Source: Perkinsela sp. CCAP 1560/9 (lineage: Eukaryota; Protista; Euglenozoa: Kinetoplastea). Taken from it: a stretch of 64,000 nt of DNA. The notes below the pieces were generated by a model. The model was not told where the DNA came from. It saw only the letters and a list, made by a program, of their open reading frames with translations, and ran no database searches. Shown here in pieces: positions 34,190 through 45,721 of the stretch. Location of the stretch: the NCBI GenBank assembly GCA_965644495.1, contig CBFFSA010000021.1, forward strand, positions 62,001 to 126,000. The letters run 5' to 3'. A program made the position numbers and the translations under genes. Position 1 is the first letter of the stretch; each line of letters begins with the position of its first letter.

Positions 34190-34740
34190 TTTTTGGAGGA
34201 AAAAGCTCCATTTTTCGGCAAAACTTGCGAAATTTTACACCGAATTTGGGCCGTTTTGATGCCTTACCAGTACAGTAGGGGCAGAAGTCGAATCTGTCGA
34301 CAAAAACGTCGTAGAATGGTAGCTGAGGTCCCAAACTCTCCAAATACGGTTTAGGAGTCGATTCGGAAAAATCATCGTTTTACTCTTTTTTGGGTCAAAT
34401 TTTTTTCCTTTTTGGTCATCCCAAAAATTTAGGAATTTTTGACCTTGTCGGACCTCGCCCGCGCGTACCAGGGGGGGGTACCCCCAGGTGGGGGGGTGGA
34501 AAGTCATCGCCGCGGCCTACTCTACCACTTTCCTGCGCTCGATTTCGAAAATCAAGATTTTGAAATTTTCAAAAAACGACGTACGCCCTCCCCTAGACCC
34601 CCTATTTTTTTCACCGGAGCGCCCTTTTATATTTTTTTCTTCTGTTATATTACTGTGTTCCTCTTTATATTTTCACTGTTTTTGTTCACGTTTTTTTTCA
34701 ATAATCGAGGGTAGACCGGTAGTTATCCAACCACCGCAAT
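34190..34740. mobile_element. Foldback-family partial copy (right end)
   Basis: Matches 9400-9906 and is an inverted match to 12000-12280. Ends CAACCACCGCAAT. Confidence 0.75.
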
Positions 34741-34782
34741 AAGTGTCCCTAGATACAATAAATAAAGGTATAAATAAATATA

Positions 34783-35538
34783 CAGTGGTGTTCAGCCTCT
34801 TTTACCCCCCCCCCCTACAGGTCTTGCATTTTGTTCGATTTTGGAAATATTTTGTATGGGACTGTTTTTCGACCCAATCGTTCCGAATCGGAGGTCCTTT
34901 TCACTCATGGACACCTGGATCATACCTAAGCCGGAAAAAAAACTGCACAAAAGCCGATTTTTTTTCACAGAGTACATTTTTTTCAAAATTGGTACACTTG
35001 TTGGTGATTCATGACGAAGAAGCACCGCCCCCTGTGCTTACCTTCCACGAGGCAGGAGTCTCGTGTGCCCCGAGATGCGCACGGCGCTCGCGATCGATTG
35101 AGAGCGACTTAAGTCCTACAAGACACTCGAAAAACTTCATAAACTTAGCCCCGGGTCCATCATTGAAACTTTTCGCTTTTTTTCTGAAGATTAACCGGAA
35201 ACGTTTAAGAATGCCTTCCGGGACTATAGTAAACGTTTTCTTTTGGTCAAGGAGGCTAAAGTGCATATGACTAAATACTAGAGATAACTTTGCACTCCTT
35301 TTCCACGTCTTCTGACCTACTATACTACTGTTCCTCATCCGAAACATTCAAAAAAATGAACCCAAAAAAGTTGTAATTAGCTTTTTTGACCCCTACCTGG
35401 CTAGGGGGGGTAGGGGGTCGCTCGAGTGAAAAGGACCTCGGATTCGGAACGATTGGGTCGAAAAACGGTGGTACACCAAATATTTCCAAAATCGGACAAA
35501 ATACAAGACCTGTAGGGGGGGTAAAAGACCACTACATG
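34783..35538. mobile_element. MITE with about 110-bp inverted arms, TA-flanked
   Basis: 34798-34906 is an inverted match to 35424-35528. Begins TA|CAGTGG. Confidence 0.7.
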
Positions 35539-36561
35539 TAAGTTAAATTTTTCGCGCTTTTTTTTCATATTGCCCACAACATGTTATGGTCCATTTGAAA
35601 GTTTCCCTCTTGCGCCTGTGGACGCCTGGGGAAACGTGTGCGAGTGTGGGGGTAAGTTAATTTTCTGGGGCTTCAGGGGTAAAAGAATATAAAATACCAC
35701 GAATACACGTATTTTCGTGGTTACTATACCCGAACTGGTCAAAACTCTTGACAATGTCAATCTGATTTCTTGGTAAGTTTACCTAATCAAACGCAACATT
35801 GAAATTTACGCGCAGTGATGGGAAAAGATGTGTTGCTTCGTAGTCGACAACAAAGAGCATGCGCCATCATGCTTTTACGTGTCCAGGCGAAGAATTAACC
35901 CTTTCGGAGTGATTATGTTAGGGCGATCGTCCGTAATCCCGTCTTTGTGGCATAAATCAAGGGGGAAATCAGAAAAATTGAGAAAAATGCAAGATTTTGT
36001 CTTCCAAAAAACAAACTGTTCTATGTGTATTCGAAATAATTCTATGTTTATTCCAAATAACTCAGATTCCGTGCCTACACGTTCATGAGCCCTGTTCGAG
36101 AGCTCTCGAATGTGCTATAACTTTCCAAAATGGGCCAAGTTTTACAGATTTTAGACCCCTCCCATATCCAAATTTACGGTCCTGTAAGTTCTGCACCTGC
36201 CTCTGATGCGGCAGGGGGCGGGGTATAATAAGAACCCTAGGGACACTTATTATACCTAGGAGGTACAATAGGTGTCTCTAGGTATAATAACCCGGACGAT
36301 CGTTTAGTTTATTCTAATTTTACTTTAACAAGTTTACATGGGACTTTTCCCTGAATTCTTAGAAAGTAACAGGGTCGTCCTATTTTTCCCCGTCTTGAAC
36401 GTACATCTTTCTATTTATAGTTCATTTATGTAAAATTTTCAAGAGCAAGAAAATAAAACCTTTTGGGCTCGTTTAATGTGGACACGAATTCACTTTTTGT
36501 GGAAAGTCACGCTTTTTGTTTTTCCTCAAACAAATGCCCTTATTTTTTCATTCTCTCCTTC

Positions 36562-36816
36562 ATGATAATACCTGTACGCTGCTTTACGTGTGGGAAGGTT
36601 GTTGGTAACCTTTGGGAGACTTACGAAGCTATGATACGGGAAGAAGATTTAACTCCTTGCGAGGCTTTAGATGAACTTCATCTAAAGCGATACTGTTGTC
36701 GGCGTATGATATTATCTCACATAGACAACGTTGACCATTACGCCGAGTACAGCGCCCCCATTCATGCCACGATGCCTGTGCCTCACAAGGTGGAGTCAAA
36801 CCTCACAGGAGTTTAG
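36562..36816 (+). CDS. RPB10: DNA-directed RNA polymerases I/II/III subunit RPB10
   Basis: MIIPVRCFTCGKV...ALD.L.LKRYCCRRMIL.H. Confidence 0.98.
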   Translation: MIIPVRCFTCGKVVGNLWETYEAMIREEDLTPCEALDELHLKRYCCRRMILSHIDNVDHYAEYSAPIHATMPVPHKVESNLTGV

Positions 36817-37085
36817 TACATGTAGATCTGCTTAATATAGAAATTTGTGTTTCGGAGATGATCTCGTGGCTGTCCTCCATCCTTCATACCAAACTTCGTG
36901 GCACCAGCTCATACCAAACTTTGGCACGTACACAACCTTGCGACTTTTACATAAACATGATTTGTAGGATGCTCATACTTTTTATGTGGCTACACAAGCG
37001 CACATAGAATGCTGATCTTACGTTTACCTATATTGAACGAAATTATTCACTGTAGTCCTTTTACCTTTGTATTCTATTCTGCCAT

Positions 37086-38168
37086 ATGCCAGCGCTCATG
37101 AGCCACGCATGGGGGCTGCGTGTTCCCTTACCGATGTCTTCACTGCGCCATAGCCATCGCGCCCTGGGCCGTGTCTCCCCACGCCTTCAGTTGGGTTCAC
37201 CCTGTTTCACCATTTGTCTCCGATCTTTTTCACAACACCCGCTTCGATCCCCATTTGACAGTGACACAAACAAACTTTCACCTCAACTCGGTGGTCTGCG
37301 TCGCGCAAACCTCAACACGCGTTCCTCGCTGTTTGATGTTCGGTTCCGTTTTTGCGCCTCATCTCCCCAAAGCGACCCCAAGCAACCGAATACCCGACCA
37401 GGAGGGGAAAGTACCCCAAACGCTGTCGGTGGGTTCCGCGGTCTCTCCACCCACTCCGGGGAGGAGCAAAAGCAGGAGGGCACGGAGGACGGCTACGAGG
37501 CCGGGGGTGCGGCTTACAACGCCTGGATCCACCTCCCCTTCATGCCGCCCTTCCACACGGTCAACATTGTGATGATTCTCATCCTCGCGAACCTGTTAAC
37601 GTACCTCGCGATGGCCTATTTGAACGATGACTGGCGGGATTGGATTGTCGAGCACTTCACGCTAAGTCACGCCAACGCCCACCGGCTGTACCCGTTCCTT
37701 ACGTGCAGCTTGTACCAGGAACACTTCCTACAGCTCGCGATTGACGTGTGGCTGCTGGTGCAGTTCGGGAAGACCATGCTGGGGTTCCTGGGTGGGGTGC
37801 GGATGGCCGCGTTCTGGGCGATGTGCTGTGTAGGCGGTGGCACACTCCATCTCGCCCGGCAGTATGTCGAGCTCGCGTATGGGATGGACCCTACGGAGGT
37901 CCGAGGACGGTGTTTTGGCCCCAACCCGTTTATTCTTGGACTTGTAGCCGTGGAGGGGTTGATTTTCCGTCATCTGAACTTTATGCAGAACCCCCCGATT
38001 CCGTTTCTTGTGCTTACGGCGTTTGTGATGATTATTGATGTCTGGCGGATCTTCACGACGAAGCCGCAGGAGCACGGAGCCGCCACGGGAGGGGCACTGG
38101 TCGCGTATGTGTTCTGGCGACTCCCGACCCGTGCAATGGGGCTGGACCGCCTCACGGCGACTGTGTGA
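37086..38168 (+). CDS. Rhomboid-like protein, catalytically inactive, probably mitochondrial
   Basis: Arg-rich presequence-like N-terminus and multiple TM helices with rhomboid-like spacing. GxSG is replaced by GPNP, with GGAL in the last TM. Confidence 0.7.
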   Translation: MPALMSHAWGLRVPLPMSSLRHSHRALGRVSPRLQLGSPCFTICLRSFSQHPLRSPFDSDTNKLSPQLGGLRRANLNTRSSLFDVRFRFCASSPQSDPKQPNTRPGGESTPNAVGGFRGLSTHSGEEQKQEGTEDGYEAGGAAYNAWIHLPFMPPFHTVNIVMILILANLLTYLAMAYLNDDWRDWIVEHFTLSHANAHRLYPFLTCSLYQEHFLQLAIDVWLLVQFGKTMLGFLGGVRMAAFWAMCCVGGGTLHLARQYVELAYGMDPTEVRGRCFGPNPFILGLVAVEGLIFRHLNFMQNPPIPFLVLTAFVMIIDVWRIFTTKPQEHGAATGGALVAYVFWRLPTRAMGLDRLTATV

Positions 38169-38479
38169 TGGCAACAGGGGGAAGAGTAAAGTGCTGACTC
38201 AACATGTGTGCTTAGATAGCGTCTAGGAAATAGAAACAACAACGACAACATAAGCCATCGAAATAGAGGTATCCGAAGTAAATTTTCAAAACCATGACAA
38301 ACTCTGTACGAACTGATTTTGATAACTGTGCAGTCTATTTTGTAGTAGGTTTCTCGCGCAGCTTCCCTATATCCTACCCCTAGCTTTACTCCTTTCAAAC
38401 CTTCATCCAACTTCTCCCTTACCCTTTCCACAACACCCTCCCCAACCTCTATTTCTTGACCCCTCCCTCCTTTCCCCCT

Positions 38480-39886
38480 ATGCAACCCGAATCTCCCCCT
38501 CCCCCTCCCCACCACCACCACAGTCTGCTCCGTTCCTTCCTCCCCCACCTCGACCCCCATGTCGCCATCGCCCTCCTCGACACCCTCCCCAAACCCCACA
38601 CCCCCTACACCGACACCAGCATCCTACGCACCCAGTACGCCCTCTTCCAACACACCCAGCTCTACAACGACCTCCAAGCCCTCGCCTCCGACCTCCTCAC
38701 CGGAGACGAGCTCACCCATACCCTCACCGACTACCAAACCAAACAAGCCGCCCTCTCCCAGGCCCACGAGCAGCTCCTCGCCTCCGAGCCCGTACTCAAG
38801 TACACCCACACCGCCGCCACCCCCGAGGGCAAGGAAACGCTCCAGCGCATGTGGCGCGAGCGCACCCTCGCGTCCGCCGGTGCCGAGGCGTTTGCGATGT
38901 CCCCCCGCGACCTCTCGCACCTCCACGCCTTCGCGCGCACCGTCTACGCCTACGGGCAGTACGCGGAGGCCCGGGACGTGCTGCGGTTCCTCCGCGGGGT
39001 CAGCCCCGGGGCCTACAAGTACAGCGAGGACACGACGTGGGGGCTGCTGGGGTGCGACCTGCTGTGCGCGCGGGCCCGCCGGGCGGGGGTGAAGTGGCAG
39101 GACGCGGTGAACACGTTCAACGTGCTCCAGGAGGGGGTGGACCCCGCCGCGGGGAGGGGGGAGGGGCTGCCCTCGGTGGTGCGGCTGCTGCACTACGCGG
39201 TGCTGCTGTGTCTGTGGTCGGAGATGGGTTCCGGGCGGGAACAGCTGTCGGAGTTGCTGCTCTCGGAGAAGTACCTCGGGGTGGTGTGTGCGCATGTGCC
39301 GTACCTGTTGCGGTATGTGGTGGTGGCGGTGCTGTCGAGTGCGCAAGGGTCCCGGGCCCGGGCCTCGAGTTTGCGGAGTCACCCCTCGTTTCGTGAACTG
39401 CTGGCGGTGATGGAGAGCGGGTCACGGCTTGGGGATTACACCGACCCTCTGCTGGACTGTTTCCATACGTTGTTCGTGGAGTGTGATCTTGAACGCGCGG
39501 TGAGCGGGATAGGGGAGATTGAGAAGATGCTTCTGGCGGATCCCTGCACGTGTGCGTATGCCACGGAGGTCACGGAAAGTCTGCGGCGACAGATCATGGA
39601 GGACATGTGCCGGGTTCGCGAGGAGGTGCCGCTGAGCTTTGTGTCCGACACGCTGGGCATAGCTCCCGGGGAGGTGGAGAAGTGGACGATGGGGGTGTTG
39701 CGCGTGGCGAAGATAAAGGGTAAGGTGTTGCCCGAGGAGAAGTGTGTGCGTCTGGGGCACGAGAACACCGCCCCCACGGCCTCGTCCCTTCTCGTGCAGA
39801 AGTCCAAGCAGCTTACGATGCGACTGCAGACGCTGTACAACACGTGTAGGGAGGAGACTCGAAAGCCAATTGAGCAGGAGGGGTGA
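38480..39886 (+). CDS. EIF3E: Eukaryotic translation initiation factor 3 subunit E
   Basis: FLPHLDPHVAIALL N-terminal motif, YAYGQY.EA..L, WGLLG, PYLLRY, YTDP, and a C-terminal PCI domain. Confidence 0.85.
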   Translation: MQPESPPPPPHHHHSLLRSFLPHLDPHVAIALLDTLPKPHTPYTDTSILRTQYALFQHTQLYNDLQALASDLLTGDELTHTLTDYQTKQAALSQAHEQLLASEPVLKYTHTAATPEGKETLQRMWRERTLASAGAEAFAMSPRDLSHLHAFARTVYAYGQYAEARDVLRFLRGVSPGAYKYSEDTTWGLLGCDLLCARARRAGVKWQDAVNTFNVLQEGVDPAAGRGEGLPSVVRLLHYAVLLCLWSEMGSGREQLSELLLSEKYLGVVCAHVPYLLRYVVVAVLSSAQGSRARASSLRSHPSFRELLAVMESGSRLGDYTDPLLDCFHTLFVECDLERAVSGIGEIEKMLLADPCTCAYATEVTESLRRQIMEDMCRVREEVPLSFVSDTLGIAPGEVEKWTMGVLRVAKIKGKVLPEEKCVRLGHENTAPTASSLLVQKSKQLTMRLQTLYNTCREETRKPIEQEG

Positions 39887-40158
39887 AGGGATCAGTATAG
39901 GGAATTTTTATTCTGCATTGAAGAGAATTTTTTGAGACAAAGATGTGTCCTATAACTTTGATACATGGTTTTGACATTTTCGTAATGATGATTATTCAAG
40001 TCGTACATTGTGCAATCGAGGATCAAGCATGATAGAAAACCAAACATGTCTTAAGAATCGAAACCGCATTACATATTTTTTCCGCTTGGATTAAAACTAT
40101 TCTATTCTTCAACCCAAGACAACCCCCTCCTTAATTTTCAGCACCCCCCCCCCCATTC

Positions 40159-41880
40159 ATGTACCGTCGCTGTCTCCGTCTCCTCAACCTCCCACCCGCC
40201 CCCAACAACGTCTCCCAAGGTCTCTCCCTCCTCAACCCACGTCCCCCCACCCCCTCCCCCCCTCCCCCCTCCCCCACCTCTTCCCTTATCCTCCCCCCCT
40301 CCACCCACCATTCCCACCACCGCGACCACCCCCCCCACCCCCCCCGCCGCTGGGTCCGCCGCCCCGACGAGTCCTGCATCCTCCACACCCGCCGCCTCAG
40401 CGACACCCTCCCCCACTACCTGGTCACCTACAAGTTCGCCGACCCCCACTGGTCCCCCCTCCTCGCGCTCCCCGCCCACGACCCCGCGGGGCTCGAGACC
40501 CGCGCCCGCCACATCGCCTGGGCCCTCCGCCACCTCTCCGAGTTCGGCCACGCGCTCTGGGTCACGACGGGGACCCACCACACGGTGCTGCGGCCGTACG
40601 GGGTGGTCGAGCGCAGCTACGTCGCGTGTACCCACGAGAGGGGGAACTGCCAGCGGCTGCAGTGTTACATACGGCATGAGGGGGTGGTGGTGGGGGGAGA
40701 GGGGGAAACCCCGGAACGTGGCCTGGTGGCGGTGTCGGAGATCCGTACGTTGAGTCGGGCGTTTGACCGGATGGAGATGAGTGTTCGACGCTCGCGACGG
40801 GCGGGGGGGATGTCCGCGGCGCTGGGGGCGTTGACGTTGCGGTTGCTGCGGCCGGAGGTGGTGGGGAAGAGAACCCAGGAGGAGGTGACGTTGCTGGCCC
40901 CGCACACGCAGGTGGTGGCGGGGGGGATCAATGCGCGGTGTTTGGCGAGTGGGTGGAATTTTTGTCACCACCCGACGTTGTATCTTCACCCGATGGAGGT
41001 TCCCCCGGTGGTGGGGCTGGATAGTTTTGTCCAGGCGGCGTATCATACCGCGGTGACCACGAATGGGTTGGTGGCTCCCGGGGAGAAGCTGCTGTGCTTA
41101 GCCTTTGGGGTAGAGAGCTCGTTTCCGTATTGTCCGTTGGAGGCGGAGCTCCCGTATACGGTGGTACAGTCCCGCCCGCTGGTCTACCCCCCAGGACAGG
41201 AGATCCCGGAAGGGACCGGGATGGGTACCCCAGTGCTGGGTGGGGCTCCGATACAGTTCTACCGCGGGAGTCTACTCGTGGGATTTTCTCAATACGTTGA
41301 GCACCAGGAGGAGGTCCCGGCGGAGCGAGCGATGCACTGGTGGAGTCAGAAACGTGAGACACCGTTTTATATCCACATGTTTTTTACCCGTGAGGCCCAC
41401 GCGGACGCGCTGCATCTGACGAACGACACCCACGTGAACCCGTTTGATGAGCAAAGCCCCGAGAGCTCTCCGAATGCGTTGCAGCGCTCCAAGCAGCGGC
41501 TGCGGCAGGCGGTGTGGAGAAGAGTAGAGGAGTTCGGGGAGGACCCATGGGGGGACTCGGATAAGGAGTACGTGCAGCTGCCCGGGGAGCCCGTGCAGGA
41601 CACCGAGCCCTTCCTCGCGATGGGCTCCTCCGTGCGTAAGCCCCCGGAGGGGGAGGGGAGCGGGGTGCCAGGGATTGGCGCAACGGACACAGAACAACGA
41701 GCTGTGGGACTACCCACCGAGGAGAGCGCAAGGGGGGTGGAGGCTGCTGTGGTGACCCTAGAGAGTGCTTTGTTGGATGGGGGTGAGGGTTCAGCCGTGA
41801 AGAGGCTAGAGGGAGGGACCGGACCGGAAAATAAGGAGGATAGGAAGGGTGAGGATTTGTCGCGACGGTCGGAAGAATAG
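40159..41880 (+). CDS. Hypothetical protein (573 aa), possible mitochondrial presequence
   Basis: Long ORF beginning MYRRCLRLL, globular central region and acidic tail. Confidence 0.8.
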   Translation: MYRRCLRLLNLPPAPNNVSQGLSLLNPRPPTPSPPPPSPTSSLILPPSTHHSHHRDHPPHPPRRWVRRPDESCILHTRRLSDTLPHYLVTYKFADPHWSPLLALPAHDPAGLETRARHIAWALRHLSEFGHALWVTTGTHHTVLRPYGVVERSYVACTHERGNCQRLQCYIRHEGVVVGGEGETPERGLVAVSEIRTLSRAFDRMEMSVRRSRRAGGMSAALGALTLRLLRPEVVGKRTQEEVTLLAPHTQVVAGGINARCLASGWNFCHHPTLYLHPMEVPPVVGLDSFVQAAYHTAVTTNGLVAPGEKLLCLAFGVESSFPYCPLEAELPYTVVQSRPLVYPPGQEIPEGTGMGTPVLGGAPIQFYRGSLLVGFSQYVEHQEEVPAERAMHWWSQKRETPFYIHMFFTREAHADALHLTNDTHVNPFDEQSPESSPNALQRSKQRLRQAVWRRVEEFGEDPWGDSDKEYVQLPGEPVQDTEPFLAMGSSVRKPPEGEGSGVPGIGATDTEQRAVGLPTEESARGVEAAVVTLESALLDGGEGSAVKRLEGGTGPENKEDRKGEDLSRRSEE

Positions 41881-42015
41881 AGTTTGTTCGTGTATTTTGT
41901 GTTTGTCTTGTAGATCATTAGTTTATCATCGCACAGTGTCGCATACGAATACATGCTTTTGACGACTTGTGACATTTTTTTAGAGTTTTTACTAGACTCT
42001 TGTTTTTAGTGTTTT

Positions 42016-42711
42016 ATGCCAAGACTATTTTGGGCTGATTCCATCACTCTAGAAGAGAACGTAACTAAAAAATCGAATGATCGCAACGCCAGCGGTTCAT
42101 TGGAGGTAGTTGTTCCCTCTATGATGCGTGTCGTAGTCTGTCATGCGGCGCTGTCGCACAACAAAATTTCGCCTTTGCCGGACGGCAGGATCGCTTTATA
42201 CGTTGCGGGATACGCCATTGGCCATTTGATCCCCTCTCGAGCGCTACACACCGATTTATCACTATCCATTGGACCGAGCGAACAGCTCACCCTTACGGCA
42301 AAAACCCACGGTGGGCTATCGCCAACAAACTTTCGTACCATTGATTTAATTGGGTATATGATAACTGTGCGTTCTTCAATTCCGCGAGTACGTTCTTTGC
42401 ACATGCGAAAAACGCGAAAAGGGACACTAAGCGAGAACACGGCAGATTCGCACACTCTGGAAGAGAATTCAGATGATTTGGATACGATCAGTGTAGACTC
42501 TGTGTCTATTCATGGCGTGCAATACTATCAAGAACGCTGTACCAACCGCTTATTCTCGCACAGTAAAACTTCCGCAGATTATGTAGGCGAGTACAATGCA
42601 AGGCATCACGCCATCTTGTACACAAATGCGTCAGAACCTCACCAGAATATCCAAAGAGCAGAGAAAAGGAGAAGGGAAACCTCAGAAGAGGATGATGATA
42701 CAGTCATCTAA
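42016..42711 (+). CDS. Nucleoplasmin-like (NPL) domain protein
   Basis: FWA..I, VCHAAL, IGHL.P, L.L.I, IDLIGY pattern followed by acidic/basic tracts. Confidence 0.65.
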   Translation: MPRLFWADSITLEENVTKKSNDRNASGSLEVVVPSMMRVVVCHAALSHNKISPLPDGRIALYVAGYAIGHLIPSRALHTDLSLSIGPSEQLTLTAKTHGGLSPTNFRTIDLIGYMITVRSSIPRVRSLHMRKTRKGTLSENTADSHTLEENSDDLDTISVDSVSIHGVQYYQERCTNRLFSHSKTSADYVGEYNARHHAILYTNASEPHQNIQRAEKRRRETSEEDDDTVI

Positions 42712-43058
42712 AATAATACTAAATAGTACTAAATAATAAAATCGTATATCTAGCAGATCCTTCAACCGTTTCGAACGTGATTTTTTACGGCGATTATACC
42801 CATTCATTCTATTAACTGATAGTAATGTTCGTCGTTTTATGCGTGACTATATAGACGCATAATGTTTTGTCCTTATTTTAATTGGAGGCACGGTGTAATA
42901 GTATGGCGTTTCATTCTTTCCGCACCCTCCCCTAGTACACTTTCTTTCTACCCTTTGCTAAAGTCATACGCAGTGACCTATTCCTACGTTTTTTCCATGA
43001 GATGAATGGGCGGGACATTTGAATATTCAGTTTTTATATAAATTTTCTTTTTACGAAA

Positions 43059-43313
43059 ATGAGTCGTTGGGTATCACTTCGCGATCGCATTAGTGAGTAT
43101 GGACAACGCGTATTCTCAGAGTATTATAGCGTGGTTTCTCCCTTACTGATGCTATTGGCGTGTGCTGCGGCCGTGTCCATGCACACGCACGATATGGAGA
43201 AGGAAGGTATGTTATGGTTGCACTACACCTCTTTGAGTGAAGAAGAGCGATCAACACAGTTTCCTAACTCTGAGAAAGACGGCATTCAAAAAAGAAGTGA
43301 TGTAAACGCATAG
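43059..43313 (+). CDS. Small single-TM hypothetical protein
   Basis: 84-aa ORF with one hydrophobic helix, co-oriented with the array. Confidence 0.55.
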   Translation: MSRWVSLRDRISEYGQRVFSEYYSVVSPLLMLLACAAAVSMHTHDMEKEGMLWLHYTSLSEEERSTQFPNSEKDGIQKRSDVNA

Positions 43314-43690
43314 TCAGATTTCTAAGTAATTTTCTCTTAACACCCCAGAAAAGGGATAACGAATAGAACACGTGTATGGTCCGCTATCCATTCAAAAAAG
43401 AAACATCTGTGTGTTATTTTTTACGATATTGCAACGGCAACTTAACCTCCGCACTCTGATTCCTCGCTTATTTATATTCATTAGGATTCAATCCTTCAAG
43501 GGGAAACTGCTGCAACTTATTTTCAAGTAGTTTCTCTTCTTAACAACTACAATACCCATGAACACCACAGCCTTATTGTCGTTCTACGCATGATTTGCTT
43601 TTGTTTTATATTCATTGTATTATGTCAAGATTTGTATCAACACTATTAGGCGCAACCATTATTTTTACCCCGAAGTTACTTTTCAAGCGT

Positions 43691-44266
43691 ATGCCTCTTC
43701 GTCGTGCCACCTTTGCGGATCTTGTTGACATACAACAAACCAACCTGAAGTGTCTCCCAGAGAACTACCCCCTGCGGTACTACTTCTACCACTACCTTAG
43801 TTGGCCTCACCTTCTTTGGGTTGAGACGGACTACAATGGTAAAATCGTAGGCTACGTGTTGGCGAAGATGGAAGAAGACACCGACGACGGGAGTCCTCGA
43901 CGAACTTCACTCTCCGAGCCCAGTGAAGAGGTATCGAGTACGCACGGGCACGTCACCAGTCTAGCCGTTTTACACAGCCAGCGAAGGTTGGGTATTGCCA
44001 CAGAACTGATGCGCGCCGTACAGGAGAGCATGTCGAGTCTTTATGATGCTGATTATGTGGCCCTTCATGTGAGGGTGAGCAACCGAGCAGCACTGCGGCT
44101 GTACCAGGACACGCTCGGATTCCGCGTGCAGGACGTTGAAAAACACTATTATGCGGATCAAGAAGATGCATACGAGATGCGAAAATGGTTCCAGTCGTAC
44201 GCCAGGCACCGTGCGGGACAAATGCGATATGCCACGGACGATGGGAGGCTTATTCCTGTCACGTAA
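43691..44266 (+). CDS. NAA10: N-alpha-acetyltransferase 10 (NatA catalytic subunit, Ard1)
   Basis: NL.CLPENY..RYYFYH.LSWP, IVGYVLAKME, HGHVTSLAV, LHVRVSNRAA..LY, YYAD.EDAYEM. Confidence 0.97.
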   Translation: MPLRRATFADLVDIQQTNLKCLPENYPLRYYFYHYLSWPHLLWVETDYNGKIVGYVLAKMEEDTDDGSPRRTSLSEPSEEVSSTHGHVTSLAVLHSQRRLGIATELMRAVQESMSSLYDADYVALHVRVSNRAALRLYQDTLGFRVQDVEKHYYADQEDAYEMRKWFQSYARHRAGQMRYATDDGRLIPVT

Positions 44267-44769
44267 TATCACAGATATGAATGAATAAGTACGCGGGCGA
44301 TGGGGGGCTTCGTCTATCATTAACGATGTTTTGTTATTGTTCACAATAGACAGGCTTTCATACAGTCCGCCCTATTTTCCATTTTCAGTACTATGCTTCT
44401 CCCCCTATTTAGTGTTTAATTTTGAGCTTCGTAGACATTGGCGCGGCGAAGCGGCGCCGAATTAATTTTAATAAGATTGAATTTTCAAAATTCTATTCAA
44501 ATATGATTCAATTTTGCCTAAACAAATTGATCCATCCGAAATAGAAGTGGAAAAGTTTGCCTTTCTTTGATTTCTTTTTCCTAACGTCGATTGAATCTCT
44601 TTCTGTCCGATACAGGTCACGACAACAGCCCCCTCAAATTGGGTAATTGACGAACCAGATCCCTTCAATTGTTGATGTGCGTCCGCCCTCCAGGAAGTTT
44701 TGCCCCACACAAAGGTCAGTCTTTCAATGGAGAGTAGGCAGTCTTTCAATGTAGGCAGCAACGCACTGT

Positions 44770-45430
44770 AACATGTTTCGAAAGTGAGTTGCCAAGCTAA
44801 CTCTGGATCACTGCGTACGCTTCCGATTTTAACACATTGAGCGCAATATTGCGCTTGAGATCTTGAGCTGACGCACCGAAATTATAGTGCTCGCGCTCGG
44901 TCCAGTCTTTTATATTTCGGTACACACGCTCAGCATGGTTGGTATGATATCCATGCAGTTCAACGAACTCCTTCGAATGGTTCACCGCAAAGTACCGACA
45001 TAACTCCTCCTTACCGAAGTACCTACGCCACGAATCAGTCACGCTCAAGGACCGCGCACCCGCCAAGTGCGGAAGCTTCCAATGCGTCCGCCCCATTCGT
45101 CTTCCCTTAACCTCCCTTAACCTCGACTATGGTCACAAACCAATGTCCGCCGTTTTAGGGGCGCCTTCCTCGGTGGTACTTACGTTTCCCAACAAAGGTT
45201 TCATCGACCTGAAGACGAGAAAATGTGTAAACCGTTTCTTCTTTGTGTAGTGCTGCGTTACCTAAATTGAATAACATTTTTGTGACTCCCTTGTGCCGAC
45301 TCAAAACGGGTTCTTGCAATTTGACCAGCTGTCAAATTGTCGGCAATATCTGCCCAAACTTGAAGCAAGCTTCCCACGTCAATGCCCATTCGAATAGACA
45401 CGTAAGGTTATCGCATCCTGATAAAATGAG
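44770..45430 (-). pseudogene. Merlin transposase remnant
   Basis: VDETFVGKRKYHRGR..W, VTDSW..Y and VNHSKEFV..GYHTNHAE, with stops and frameshifts. Confidence 0.88.
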
Positions 45431-45721
45431 GGAACCGGGAATCGAACCTGCAAATCGACCATAGGGGGGAGCTGGACCCCATTTTCTTACCCTCCTGGAT
45501 CCACCCTACCCCGGACACAATAAAGGAGGGAGAGGCGGAGGTTGTAAACAACCCCCGCAATAAGCTACCCTCTATACAATCTGTACAGCCCTTTATGGGA
45601 GCCCTGTATACTCAAAGTTTTAGTAGTAGAATGCTCGAAGAATTTTTAACAATAAACGAACCCTTTATACAGCCCTTTATACGAGCCCTGTACTAAAATT
45701 GTACCAATAGCAATACTACTA

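Noticed and set aside
45425-45455. tRNA gene on the minus strand (GGTTCGATTCCCGG)
   Set aside because: Only a B-box-like fragment with a mismatched T-stem and no cloverleaf.
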